NCBI RefSeq assembly: GCF_006345805.1
Contig: NC_043021.1
Coordinates: 19,344,001-19,408,000, forward strand
From: Octopus sinensis
Taxonomy: Eukaryota
Length of the DNA stretch: 64,000 bases
Direction: 5' to 3'
This document shows, piece by piece, positions 1 to 13,752 of the stretch (its first letter is position 1; every line of letters starts with the position of its first letter). A program made the position numbers and the translations under genes. The notes beneath the pieces were generated by a model, which saw nothing but the letters and a program-made list of their open reading frames with translations, was not told where the DNA came from and ran no database searches.

Positions 1-1021
1 GACCCATAACAGTGACTCGTTAGGTGACTATGTCATTGCTTTTGGGCAAAACAAAATGCAAACGGATCTACTACCGGACTCTAACAAGATACCTATCGGA
101 CGACAACTATTGACTGTTACTACATAATATCGGCGTGCCGTTCCATCTTCTCAAATTAGCTACTATAAACACTCAGTTATTTCAGCTAATATTTCGCTGC
201 ACATTATTACTTCGTCAGACTCTTAGCGCTAGCAAGATATGAAGATATGATATTAATATTTAACAAAGTAAAGTGTTTCCCGTTGTGCTGATGTTCACGG
301 AATAAGCCCAGAGAATCAAATTATGAATTTAACTGCTTAAATTTTCATATTAAAAAAATAAGAGATTATAAGGCAAAAAAAAGAGGCAGAAAAGAGAAGA
401 AAATGGATTCCTTTCTCTTTTATGCCTGAAAAACTCGGTGTTAATAATGTCTCCTGGGCCTTTACGTTGAAAATCTTAAAAGCAAAAACACAAATTTCTT
501 TGGAGATAGTGGTGGGGCGAAGTTTTTGTTTCTTTCGGTATCTGTTAGAATCTGAAGAAAGGATTGCATCGCCTGTGTCAGTTCTTGGAGACATAGACGG
601 AAACCAATACAAGAAATACCAGACCCATGGCACCGCTTTCTGGTACTTTCTCTGCCAGTGTTCTCTGAGGATTAATTTCCTTTTGGCGGCTTAGAACTTG
701 TCATGTGACACGATTAACGAGTTGAGTGAAGTCTCACAGTTTTAATGGACGTGCATGCATTTGTGTGCGCGCACACACACGTATACACATACACACATAT
801 ATGTATATATTCATAAACATACACATAAATACATATATATACACACATACACGTGTACATGTGTGTACATGCACTTAAACACGCACATCTATACACACAA
901 ACGCATAAATATCATGCACTCAAAAATACATGTATACATGTATACATACACGTAAAGCGAAACACATGTGCGCATGTGCTTAAATTTAAATATATGTATA
1001 TCTATACAGTTGTATATGTGA

Positions 1022-1288
1022 GGCGCGATGGTCCAGTGGTTAGGGCGTTGTGTGTGTTTATTGAGCGAAAACACCTAAAAGCTCAACGAGGCTCCGGCAG
1101 GGGGTGGTGGTGACCCCTGTTGTACTCTTTCGCCCCAAACTTTCTCACACTCTCTCTTCCTGTTTCTTGAGTAACGCTGCGATGGACTGGCGTCCCGTCC
1201 AGCTGGGGGGGGGGGCACACATACGTCACAGAAACCGGGAAACCGGGCCAATGAGACTGGCTAGGCTTGAAAAAGGCGCATAAATAAA
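1022..1288 (+). mobile_element. tRNA-derived SINE, family C (V-domain-like body)
   Basis: tRNA-like head GGCGCGATGGTCCAGTGGTTAGGG, body CTGCGATGGACTGGCGTCCCGTCCAG resembling the V-SINE domain, A-rich tail. Related copies at about 21070, 24622, 44145, 53062 and 57699. Confidence 0.8.
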
Positions 1289-1435
1289 AGAAAAAATACA
1301 GTTATGTATGTATGAATGCCCGTTTAAGAATTGACACACGAAAACATGCGCATATGAACACATCTAAGTATAAATGCATATACATACATATGCACACATA
1401 TATGTATATATACACACGTGAGTATATAAGTACAG

Positions 1436-1479
<44 letters not shown>

Positions 1480-1784
1480 ATAAACATGGAAACATCCGCA
1501 TATACGTGCGGTGTCGACTCAAATACATATATAAATGAAAATACACAAACACACGCATACACACGCACGCACACACATAGACCTATACATAGAACCGTTC
1601 ACGGTTAACCACATATACATATACGTTACACAAGATCTGTAGAATCATTTCAACCGTACTCCCATTGAAATACAATCCGACTCTTTAAAAATGAAAAGTA
1701 CAGTTAATCTCTGTGTGTGTGTGCGTGTATATATATAGATATATATATTATATATATTATGTGTGTATGTGTGCATGTATATAC

Positions 1785-1842
<58 letters not shown>

Positions 1843-1844
1843 AT

Positions 1845-2045
1845 CCAAACAAGAAAACAAAAACAAAAAAACACAACAACGCAAGGATGTGGAACAGATA
1901 AAGTATTATTGGACGCTCAGGAAAGAAGGGAAGAAGGAGGGTTGACGTTTCGAGCTGAGCTCTTCGTCGGAAACATAGGAGAAGGAAAAATCCCGAGAAG
2001 GGAAGACAGGGGAAAAAATCGCTAGTGGTACACACGAGGTCACAT
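1845..2045 (-). mobile_element. Penelope-like terminal-repeat fragment next to (TA)n, with degenerate hammerhead motif
   Basis: Minus strand reads CCGACGA-A-GAGC-TCA-GCTC-GAAAC-GTC, the layout of PLE minimal hammerheads. Stem I is weak. Confidence 0.5.
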
Positions 2046-2816
2046 ACTGAAAGGCGGAAGTAGTAAAAGTAGAAGAATAATGTTTTTTAAAGACAGGAGA
2101 GCTATATATATGCGCAATGGCCCAGTGGTTAAGGCAGCGGATTCGCTGTCGTACGACCGCGGTTTCGATTCCCAGACCGGGCGTTGTGAGTGTTTATATC
2201 AGCGAAAAGGAATTTCATTTGGTGACAGAGTTGAAAGACCTTGACAAAGCACCGGTCGCGAGCTGCTATGAATGTGTTTTGATATCTTTGCACCAAACAA
2301 GGAAATACAAAAACTCAGTTTATTGATACGTCATAAATTACTCCAAATTAATAGAGATCCGACATGGAACAACAAAAAAAAAAATTGAAATATAAATATT
2401 CTGTTCGAAAATTGCCCGGCAACGACCAACACTAAGCTCAGCCAGTGTGCACGAGTGTATGTATGTGTGTATATATGGCTGTGTACACACACACATATAT
2501 ATACACACACGTGTTTGCATATATATATATATATACATACATATATGTATGTTTGCATATATGTATGTATGTGTATATATATATATGTCTGTGCACACAC
2601 ACGCATACATATATATATACACACATATGTAGTATATATGTATGTGCACACACACACACATATATGCATACATTTATGTATGTTTCATATATGCATGTAT
2701 GTGTATATATATATATGTCTGTGCACACACACACAAACACATACACATACACATATACACACATATATGTATGTGCATATATAAATGTCTGTGCAGACAC
2801 ACACAAACACACACAC

Positions 2817-2848
<32 letters not shown>

Positions 2849-3469
2849 CTATATATATATATATATATATCTAATATATATATATATTATGTATATATGT
2901 ATGTATGTGTGTATATATGTGTGTGTGTGTTTGCACAGACATATATTTACACAAACACACTACACACACGCATGTGTATGTATGTAGTTCTTATTTTCGT
3001 GTACAATTTCTTTGTTGGGAAAAGTAGAAACGAGCTAAAGAAAAATATATTCTCTGTTTGGTTTGTTTAAAGTTACTTGCACCCCAGAGTACTATAAAAG
3101 TAAACCTCGCAACCTACCCCACTCCACCCTAACAAGATCAGCTGGTAACTCAGCAACTAGGGATCAAATACAGCCCATGTCTGGGGTGGAAATGGGCTGA
3201 GGTACTGCTATTTCTGCTGTTGTACTGACACGACATAGAGACAAATAAATTAAACTAAATGTAACATTTAACGAGGGTTTTACAAGCTACAACATTCAAA
3301 TTAGTCGGCAGCAAATCTAAGACGAAAATAAATATAGCAACGGCACGTCGTGACGCCATTAACTGCCACCACTATCAATGTTTCTCTCCCTTTCTGACTT
3401 CTCTCTCTCTCTCTCTCTCTCCCTCTCTCTCTCTCTCGCAGAGATTCGGAACCAATATTCTTTTCTACT

Positions 3470-3888
3470 CTAGACACAAGGCCCGAAATTTTTGGGAAGG
3501 GGAGCCAGTCGATTAGATCGACCCCAATGCGCAACTGGTACTTAATTTATCGACCCCAAAAGGATTAAAAGCAAAGTCGAACTTGGCGAATTTGAACTCA
3601 GAACGTAAAGACAGACGAAATACCGCAAAGCATTTCGCCTGGCGTGCTAACGTTTCTTATTTCTTTACTATCCACAAGGCGTTAAACACAGAGAGGACAA
3701 ACAAGGACAGACAACGGAGTAAGTCGATTATATCGAACCCAGTGCGTAACTGGTACTTATTTAATCGACCCAGAAAGGATGAAAGGCAAAGTCGACCTCG
3801 GAGGAATTTGAACTCAGAACGTAACGGCAGACGAAATACGGCTACGCATTTCGCCCGGCGTGCTAACGTTTCTGCCAGCTCGCCGCCT
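3470..3888 (-). mobile_element. tRNA-derived SINE, family B, tandem copies
   Basis: Head GGCGGCGAGCTGGCAGAAACGTTAGC, B-box GTTCAAATT, central GTCGACTTTGCCTTTCATCCTTTC (resembles the Meta-SINE domain, from memory). Confidence 0.8.
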
Positions 3889-4037
3889 TACTCGGGACCA
3901 ATATTGCGACGCATTCTATTGACTCTGGCATGTCGTCGCCTAAAATATTAATTAAACTATTCAGGTATTCGACTGAATGTTCATCCTCGAAGCCGACGGA
4001 AGATCCTTCACAATAATTATAATCATTAATTAAAGAG

Positions 4038-4369
4038 CCCCTTTGCTCAGGAATGACCCTGGTATTGCACCTAGAAAAAACCCCTCCGAGGTACAAGTCT
4101 AGGCAAGGTTGTTTATGGAAGACCAGCAGTTGCGCATGCTTGCCACCCTTCCTTCTCCATGCCACCGATGTTATCCAAAGGAAAGGCAAAGGGGCCGAAA
4201 CAGCTAGGGCACCAGTGATGTTGCAACTCATTTCTACAGCTGAGTAAATTGGAGCAACATGAAATAAAGTGTCTTGCTGAAGAACACAACAGACAAGCCA
4301 ATCGTCCAGAAATCGAACTCATAACCTTACAATTGTAAACCCGACTGCCTAACCTCTGAGACATGCGCC
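4038..4369 (-). mobile_element. tRNA-derived SINE, family D (CORE-like)
   Basis: Head AGGCGCATGTCTCAGAGGTTAGG with GTTCGATT B-box; homologous to 36859-37189. Confidence 0.75.
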
Positions 4370-4573
4370 TTCAGTTAATTATTAATTAATTACCGAATTA
4401 ATTTTTCGGGTAGCAAAACCTACGCAAGTATGAATGCTTTGTGTACGCCGGCTACGAAACGTTTGTAGTCGCAGTTTAGAATGGGGTGGAGAGTGGTGGA
4501 TTGAGGAAAAACCCTTTTTCCTTTTACTTGTTTCAATCATTGGACTGCGGCCATGCTGGGGTAACACCTTGAT

Positions 4574-5015
4574 GGATTTACTCGAGCAAATCGGCCCCAC
4601 TACTTCATTTTAAGCTTGGTACTTACGCTATCAGTTTCCAGTTTTGCCGAACCGCTAAGCTACGAGGGCGTAAATAAAGCAACACCGCTCATCATGAGGC
4701 AGTGGAGGAAAAGTTCAAATGGATTTGCTCGAACAAATCGGCCCCACTACTTCATTTTAAGCTTGGTACTTACGCTATCAGTTTCCAGTTTTGCCGAACC
4801 GCTAAGCTACGAGGGCGTAAATAAAGCAACACCGGTCATCATGAGGTGGTGGAGGAAAAGTTCAAATGGATTTGCTCGAACAAATCGGCCCCACGACTTC
4901 ATTTTAAGCTTGGCACTTACGCTATCAGTTTCCAGTTTTTGCCGAACCGCTAAGCTACGAGGGCGTAAATAAAGCAACACCGGTCATCATGAGGCGGTGG
5001 AGGAAAAGCTCAAAC
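4574..5015. repeat. Three tandem 147-bp units derived from the 3' half of SINE family A
   Basis: GGATTT(A/G)CTCG recurs at 4574, 4721 and 4868; the unit contains TTTGCCGAACCGCTAAG of family A. Confidence 0.9.
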
Positions 5016-5508
5016 ACACACATACACATACGCAAAAACACATTGAAGAGATTACTTTTTCAAATCCGGTGTAAGCGCATATTTGGTCGATTTCATGATA
5101 ACCATTAAAGAACAATCTGCAAGCTGCTGGACTCATGTTCGTGAAATTTTGTTCAGTCAAACTGGGAGAGATGCCATAGAGATGCCGTTACAGATGCCAT
5201 ATGGACTCCATAGAGACAGGAAGCGAATCTTAATCTTCCAATCAAAACCAGATATTCTTTAATTCTTTTATTGGTTTCAGTCATTTCGACTGCGGCCATG
5301 CTGGAGCACCGCCTTTAGTCGAATAAATCGACCCCCAGGACTTCATTCTTTGTAAGCCTAGTACTTCTTCTATCGGTCTCTTTTGCCGAACCGCTAATGT
5401 TATGGGGACGTAAACACACCAGCATCGGCTGACAAGCGATGTTAAGGGGTGTGACAAACAGACACACAAACATACACACACGCATGCATATACATATGTA
5501 TATATGTC

Positions 5509-5552
<44 letters not shown>

Positions 5553-5935
5553 AGTGTGTGTGAGAGTATTGTAGTTCGCTTGAAGCATTGTGGATTGTTT
5601 GTAAAGAATAAAATGTTTTGGATGGAACAACAATGCTCTTTAATACAAATAGGCTTCTTTCAGTTTCCGTCTACCAAATCCATTCACAAGGCTTTGGTCG
5701 GCCCGAGGCTATAGTAGAAGACACTTGCCCAAGGTGCCACGAAATATTCAAGTTGTTGTTTTAAGCAATTCCTCAAAAGTCACTCCGATGCATATATCTG
5801 GTTTTTAAAGTAAACACACACACAGATGCACTTACGAAAGATACACACACACACACGATGGGCTTCTTTCGGTTTCCCTTTACCAAATCCATTCCAAGGC
5901 TTTGGTCGCTCAGGGGCTATGGTAGGAGAAACTTG

Positions 5936-6124
5936 GGCGAACCTTCGGTATATGTACCGGTGTAAGTACCTGAAGTACCGGATACATTTAAAAAAAGTGG
6001 GGGTTTTTTTATATATGGGGGGGGGGGTAGGGTTAGGGTTAGAGTTAGGGGTGGGAGAAAAGGGTTTCTGTTATCTTCAGAAATGTAAACAAAGTCACGT
6101 GTGTACATATACCGAAGCATCGCC
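5936..6124. mobile_element. MITE with GG-starting TIRs and 8-bp TSD, inserted in a SINE A copy
   Basis: TIR GGCGAACCTTCGGTATATGTAC / GTACATATACCGAAGCATCGCC; TSD GAAACTTG at 5928-5935 and 6125-6132; internal TTAGGG-like repeats. Confidence 0.85.
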
Positions 6125-7049
6125 GAAACTTGCCCAAGGTGCCATGCAGTGGGACTGAACCTGCAGCCTTGTAGTTGGGAAGCAAGCTTCTTACCACATG
6201 GCTACGGCATGGGCGTTATTTCCTTATCAGGTCGAGCGGCCACGTAGCGTGTTTCGTTCAGATATCTACAGTGCGACTGTAAGCATTCTTGCCTCTGCAT
6301 GCGTGCGCACGCACACACACACACATACACACACGCACACATACACACGCACGCACACACACACACACAACACACACACACACACAACACACACACACAC
6401 ACACACAGAGTCAGATATGTCGTTTTTGTTTTAAGTTTCATGAGATAAGCGTAATGTAGTTGATGTATTTGACAGTGTTTGCAACGTGTATGTAAATCGG
6501 GGGGGGGGGGGGAAGAAAAAAAAAGTGGAAGAAACTAAAAGAAAAAAAAAACGAAGAAAAGATAGGGAACCTCCGTCCGGAAAAAAATATTTAAGAATGT
6601 CTTTCCCCTGCCCCCAGGGGATGTATTGACAACGTTAATGTGACTATCATAGAAGACCTGACGATGACGACCCAGCGTGAACATGGCGATAAGACACCAT
6701 CTTGCTAGCCTCTAACCCTCAGACATTCAACCGCTTCTCTTCATCCGTGGATGTAAAGATACCAAGTCGGGAAGCTTACTTTAACAGTTTGCATATTGTA
6801 ATGTATATCGTTATATCTTTTATCTTTTACTCGCTTCTGGCATTGGGCAGCGGCCGTGCTGGGGCACCGCCTTGAAGTGTTTTTCATTCGAACGAGTCGA
6901 CCCCTGTCCTTTGTTTACGTTTGTTTGGTCTAAAGCCTGGTGCTTATTCTATCGGTCGCTTTGGCCGAACCGCCAGGTTACGGTGGAAGTAAACAAACCA
7001 ACATCAGTTGCCAAGCGGTGGTGGGAGACACACACACATGTGTGGTGTG

Positions 7050-7603
<554 letters not shown>

Positions 7604-8072
7604 ATATATATATGACAGGCTTTTTTTTCAGTTTCCGTCAACCAAATCTACTCAAAAGGCTTTGAACAGTTTGGTGCTACAGTAGAAAACACTTGCTCAA
7701 GAGGCCGTGCTGCGGGACCGAACCGAGAACCGTGCATTTGTGAAGCAAATTGTTGTTGTTATTGTTGCTATTGTCGTCGTTGCTTTTTCTGTTATGTTTT
7801 GTTGGTAGAAGGACCTGATCTCATAACGGCAGAAATTGGAATAGGTTGTTGTTTTTCTGTTTTTCTTTTGACACGGCATGGCGCGTTAGTAAGTGTCACG
7901 TGAATGAACCAAACATGAATATACCTTCTATAAACCTTCACCACGGGACAAGCTTCGTGCAAGACAATCCGCCCCCCTAAACTGGGGCATCACGCGCATA
8001 AAACACAACATGCGTAATAATATATAGATCAATTATTATATGATACATATATACACACATACATGCTGTATG

Positions 8073-8157
<85 letters not shown>

Positions 8158-8159
8158 GT

Positions 8160-8320
8160 AGGGGGAGAATTCACGAAACAAAAGTCGAAGAAAGATGTAT
8201 TAGTATAACGCTCAGGAATAGAAAAAAGTCTTTTACATTTCGAGCCTACGCTCTTCTACAGAAAGGAACACAGAAAGAAACAAGGAAAGAAAGAGAGAGA
8301 GAGAAAAATGTGTGTACTGG
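8160..8320 (-). mobile_element. Penelope-like terminal-repeat fragment in (TA)n with variant hammerhead motif
   Basis: Minus strand CTTT-CTGTAGA-A-GAGC-GTAG-GCTC-GAAATGTA-AAAG at about 8229-8265. Confidence 0.6.
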
Positions 8321-8509
8321 CTATATATATATATATATCTTTAAAAATGACAACAAAAGAATGGGACCTCGATATCAGGTAAATAGAGGATTATTTATTT
8401 ATGTATAGTTGTCATTATAGTACTCGGAGTTTCGAATGTCAGAGCGAAGAGCTAAGATGCATTCCCGTCCGCTGTTAATGGCAATAGAGGTGTATTGCCA
8501 TATATATAT

Positions 8510-8791
8510 AAACAATTGCAGCGTGGAAGGTGTTTATAAGCCATTTAAGAAACACACAAAAGCCGTTCGATCACTTCAACATTAAGTTTAATTTGTCAAA
8601 ATATTTTCGTCGCTAAAATCCGCGACCTGTTCACTGACAAAGTCTGTGCTGCATCACCTTGTCAGTGAACAGGTCGCGGATTTTAGCGACGAAAATATTT
8701 TGACAAATTAAACTTAAATGTTGAAGTGAATCGAACGGCTTTTGTGTGTTTCTTAAATGGCTTATAAACACCTTCCACGCTGCAATTGTTT
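8510..8791. repeat. Near-perfect inverted repeat, arms about 130 bp, 18-nt spacer
   Basis: 8510-8640 is the reverse complement of 8659-8791 except for two single-base indels. Confidence 0.95.
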
Positions 8792-8859
8792 TCGTTTCAG
8801 CACACGATCTCAGATCAAATTACTTGCTATGCGAGTACATCTCCTATATATATAATATA

Positions 8860-8890
<31 letters not shown>

Positions 8891-9112
8891 ACGGAGTAAG
8901 CACATAAATGCGAAAAAAGGTGAAAAAATAGAAAAATAGTACTCGACTACCAAAGGTAGAGTAATATGCTTTATTGAAAAGCATCAGAAATAGCACAAAA
9001 ACTGCTACGTTCCGTTCATCGAACAGGTTTTCTGTCTAACGAACGGGAACGTGAAACTCTGAGTAGCAGTTTTTGTGATATTTCTGCTGCTTTTCAGTAA
9101 AGTGTATATGTA

Positions 9113-9182
<70 letters not shown>

Positions 9183-9433
9183 ATATATATGTATAATATA
9201 TATAATATATATATATATTATATATATATATATATATAATATACATACATACATATAACGAAGAACAAACACAAGAAAAAAGCAACAATGCGAGGACGTA
9301 GTACATGTAAAGTATTAGCAGGGAAAGAAAGATAGTTAAGGTTTCGAGCAGACGCTCTTCTTCAGAAACAGAGAAAAGTCCAATAGAAAAGGCAGGCGGA
9401 GGAAAAAAATTGCCAACGATTCACATGTGGTTA

Positions 9434-9475
<42 letters not shown>

Positions 9476-9817
9476 CATGTATGATACATATATAATATTG
9501 TGAAACACGGTTTTTGTCCTTGGGTATTTCCTACTCTTTTACCTCATGAAAGTACGAAATATGGTTAATATTTCCTACAAACTTTGCATTCCTCAAACTT
9601 ATCCCTGCTTGGGCAGCTAGAAGTAAACTGAATTGTTAATCCTACGATCCTAGCATTTATACTGCCATTTATGTTGCCAGAATGTTCTAGAAATTCTTGA
9701 AAGTTTTAGAAACTTCTCGAAATTTTTAGAAATTCCGAGAATAGTAATGATTTCCTTTGAATTCTAGATATAAGCAAATAGGAAACAACATTTACTGACC
9801 AAAGACGAAAAAACATT

Positions 9818-9862
<45 letters not shown>

Positions 9863-9961
9863 GTAATAAGCTCTCAGAACAAAATACTCAAAATATTACA
9901 TTGATAAAAGCACTGACTCGCCACAGTGTAGGATGTGCTCTGAAATGGGACAAAGTATAAA

Positions 9962-10378
9962 CCTATTTCTTTACTACCCACAAGGGGCTAAACACAGAGA
10001 GGACAAACAAGGACAGACAGACGGATTAAGTCGATTATATGGACCCCAGTGCTTAACTGGTACTTAATTTATCAACCCCGAGAGGATGAAAGGCAAAGTC
10101 GACCTCGGCGGAATTTGAACTCAGAACGTAACGGCAGACAAAATACCTATTTCTTTATTACCCACAAGGGGCTGAACATAGAGGGGACAAACATGGACAG
10201 ACATGGGTATTAAGTCGATTATATCGACCCCAGTGCTTAACTGGTACTTAATTTATCGACCCCGAAAGGATGAAAGGCAAAGTCGACCTCGGCGGAATTT
10301 GAACTCACAACGTAACGGCAGACAAAATACCGCTAAGCATTTTGCCCGGCGTGCTAACGTTTCTGCCAGCTCGCCGCC
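9962..10378 (-). mobile_element. SINE family B dimer
   Basis: Full head at 10378; the second monomer joins at AAAGAAATAG-GTATTTTGTCTG (about 10145). Confidence 0.85.
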
Positions 10379-10500
10379 TTTAAATTATAAACCATATTGT
10401 TAGTAAGTGCTGTAAGCTTGCACAACGCGAATACAAAAGGAGATACGACAATGTGGCCATATACACTATATATATATATATATATTATACACACACGCAC

Positions 10501-10542
<42 letters not shown>

Positions 10543-11593
10543 TGAACTTGTTCTCATATATATCTATATATATGTGTATATATATATTTATATATATGTA
10601 TGTATGTTTATATATGTGTGTGTATATATATATATATATATACATATATATACATATATAAACATACATATATATATATATAAAAGAACAAAGAGTACAT
10701 ACATAAAAATATATATATGAATGTAGGTGTGTGTGTGACTGTGTATATGTGCATGCGCACGTATGCGGCATCGTTTTTACTACTTAACACCACCGAACGC
10801 TCGTCATTCCAGTACAACCAGGACCAACACTACTGACGTCAAACGTCGTACTAGCTAATTAATCATGCCGCCCCAGCATAATTAACTAGCTACCCACGTC
10901 CATCATCACCGACATATCTAATTACTAATTAACCAATCACAACCACCACCACCACCACCACCACCATTATCCTCATCTTCCACCATCGTCATGAACCAGC
11001 AGAGAAGCCTGTATGTGGCCGCTTGCCTAGTTAGAAACAGCAGTCAAATTTCCCTCAATCCACCACCCTGCAGTCATAAAAGAGAAAAAGTCACATTGGA
11101 TAGTGTAGTCCTGGATACACTACGCTATAGTGATTTTGAAGAATAGAATGTGCAGTCAATGTGCAGGATGGAGGTCACGGCTGGAACACTTTTGATCATA
11201 GGTTTTTTGACTGAGGATCGGAATGGATAGGTGGGGTGAAGCTTAAACAACATCACTACCATCATCACTACCAACTCCCCCACCCCACCACCACCACCGC
11301 CGCCGTCGCCGTCACCACCGTAAAAAGACAGGAAGGTCGTGGTAGGAATGTCTTTTTGATCATATAAGTCTGCTCGATCAGAAACTGACCAAAGGCTAAA
11401 AAACAACAATAACCCCACCACAAACCTTCTTACTCATCATCATCATCGTCATCATCGTCATCGTCATCGTCATCGTCATCATCATCATCATCATTCATCA
11501 TCCTCATCATCCTGTCAACGATCTGTTTCTTCAAAATACCTTTTCCCTCTCCCCCTCTCTCTCTCACCCTCTGCTTCCCCTCCTCCTCCGTCT

Positions 11594-11629
<36 letters not shown>

Positions 11630-11784
11630 CTCTCCTCTCCCTCTCTCTTATTCGTTCCTCTTCTTCCTCACTCCCTCCTTGTCTCCACCCCCACACTAGT
11701 TATCTCCTTCCTGTTGAGTGGATGTGGATGCTGCACCTAGGAAACCCAAATATCCTGTCATGTGACCACACCCATCATCGAACA

Positions 11785-11931
11785 TCGCCACCACCACCAC
11801 CACCACCACCACCACCACCACCACCACCACCACCACCACCACCACCACCACCACCACCACCACCACCACCACCACCACCACCACCACCACCACCACCACC
11901 ACCACCACCACCACCACCACCACCACCACCA
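11785..11931. repeat. (CAC)n trinucleotide tract, about 48 units
   Basis: Directly visible; it generates the poly-H/P/V/G ORFs. Confidence 0.95.
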
Positions 11932-12499
11932 CGCCTGTCACCAGCTTCATCACCATGCCTGTCACTCATCACCAGCACCATCATCACCACCACCACCACC
12001 ACGCCTGTCACCATGAGCTCCTCCTCCTCCTCCTCTTTCCCTCCCTTCTCCCTCTCTTCCTTCTTTACGCACTTTCACTCCCCCCACCCACACCCACCAA
12101 CCCCACGTGACAGCGCAACACCTGCAACACGATCCCAGCACTCGTCTGAACCCTCTCTATCACGAGAGCCCAACGACGACGAATCGCTAAGATATTTGTC
12201 GTTGGGGCCCCCACCAATATCCCTTAAAATATCTGCCGGCAGCTTACACTGTCCCCTATCAGATGACACTCCTTGCAAGTGCAGATGCAGAATAACACCC
12301 CTCCACACACACATGCTCACACCCACACGCGCACACGCACTGACACGCGCGCGCGCAGAGCCTACCCCTCATTACAACCTCCAAAATCTTACAAAGACAT
12401 GGTCCCTATCTATGCCAAGTCTTACATGGCTCCTGTTTATACCAGGGATAACCAAATTCTCTTTATAATGGCCCCTTCTTCGTTTGGGGTTTGTATTTA

Positions 12500-12961
12500 C
12501 CCACGACCTACTTTTCGTTTGGAGTTTACATTTATTTATCCATGACATTCTTTTCAATTGGGTTTACATTTAGCCATGACCTATTTTACGATTTGGGTTT
12601 ACAGTTACCCATGACCTACTTTTCGTTTTGGGCTTACATTTATCCATGACCTACTTTTCGCTTTGGGTTTACATTAGCCCATGACCTACTTTTCGTTTTG
12701 GGATTACATTTACCCATGACCTACTTTTCGTTTTAGGTTTACATTAGCCCATGACCTACTTTTCGTTTTGGGTTTACATTTACCCATGGCCTACTTTTCG
12801 TTTGGGTTCTATACTAACCCATGACCTACTTTTCGTTTTGGGTTTACATTAACCCATGACCTTTTTGTTTTGGGTTTACATTTACCCATGACCTACTTTT
12901 CGTTTGGGTTCTACATTAACCCATGACCTACTTTTCGTTTTGGGTTTACATTTACCCATGG
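12500..12961. repeat. 35-bp minisatellite, about 13-14 copies
   Basis: Unit CCATGACCTACTTTTCGTTTTGGGTTTACATTTAC at 12574, 12609, 12644 and onward. Confidence 0.95.
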
Positions 12962-13549
12962 CCCTGATGCATGTTACATAATATATAAATATAAATCTGA
13001 CAAACGTGAGGGCGCATGCTTAGCAGTGTGATAAGAAATTTGCTTCGCAACCAAATGGTTTCGTGTTCAGTCCTACTGCACGGTGCCTTGAACAAGTGTC
13101 TTCTATCCAGCCTTGTGGGTGAATTTGGTGGACGGAAACTGAAAGAAGCCCGTCTACCAAATTCACTCGCAAGGCATTGGTCAGCTCCGGGATATAGTAG
13201 AAGACACTTGTCCAAGGTACTGTATCGCGCAGTGGGACTGAACCCGGAACCATGCAGCCATGGTCATTGGGAAAGCTTTAATCACAGATCGTTTCAATGA
13301 AGCTTTGATTTCGTACAAAGAAACAAAAAAGGAAGATTTCTTCCAATCAGGACTCACGCCATAAGTGTGTGTGTGTGTGTGTGTAGGAGTGGATGTCAAA
13401 GAATGGACCCAGCATTTTCCTCTCAGCGTGTCGCAGCAAAAGGCGACTAAAAGAGGCTGAAGTAGGATTTGAACTCCGACCTCGCAAAGCCCTCGCCAGA
13501 AATTACTCTTTTGATGACAGCTACAGCAACATGAGCAACAACAAAAACA

Positions 13550-13570
13550 ACTACCACCACAACCACCACC

Positions 13571-13614
<44 letters not shown>

Positions 13615-13696
13615 TACCACCACTACCACCACTACTACTACTACTACCACTACCACCACTACCACCACTACTACTACTACTACCACTACCACCACT

Positions 13697-13745
<49 letters not shown>
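13550..13745. repeat. Compound (CAC)/(TAC) trinucleotide tract
   Basis: Directly visible. Confidence 0.9.

Positions 13746-13752
<7 letters not shown>

Noticed and set aside
337-694. Overlapping 98-aa (minus) and 90-aa (plus) ORFs in unique sequence
   Set aside because: No recognisable domain or convincing splice sites; cannot be supported without homology or RNA data.
714-3070. Many Y/I/H/T/C/V-rich ORFs
   Set aside because: Translations of (TA)n, (CA)n and (TATG)n microsatellites.
12500-12961. CRISPR-like appearance of the 35-bp repeat
   Set aside because: Units are contiguous with no unique spacers, no cas genes, and the DNA is eukaryotic.
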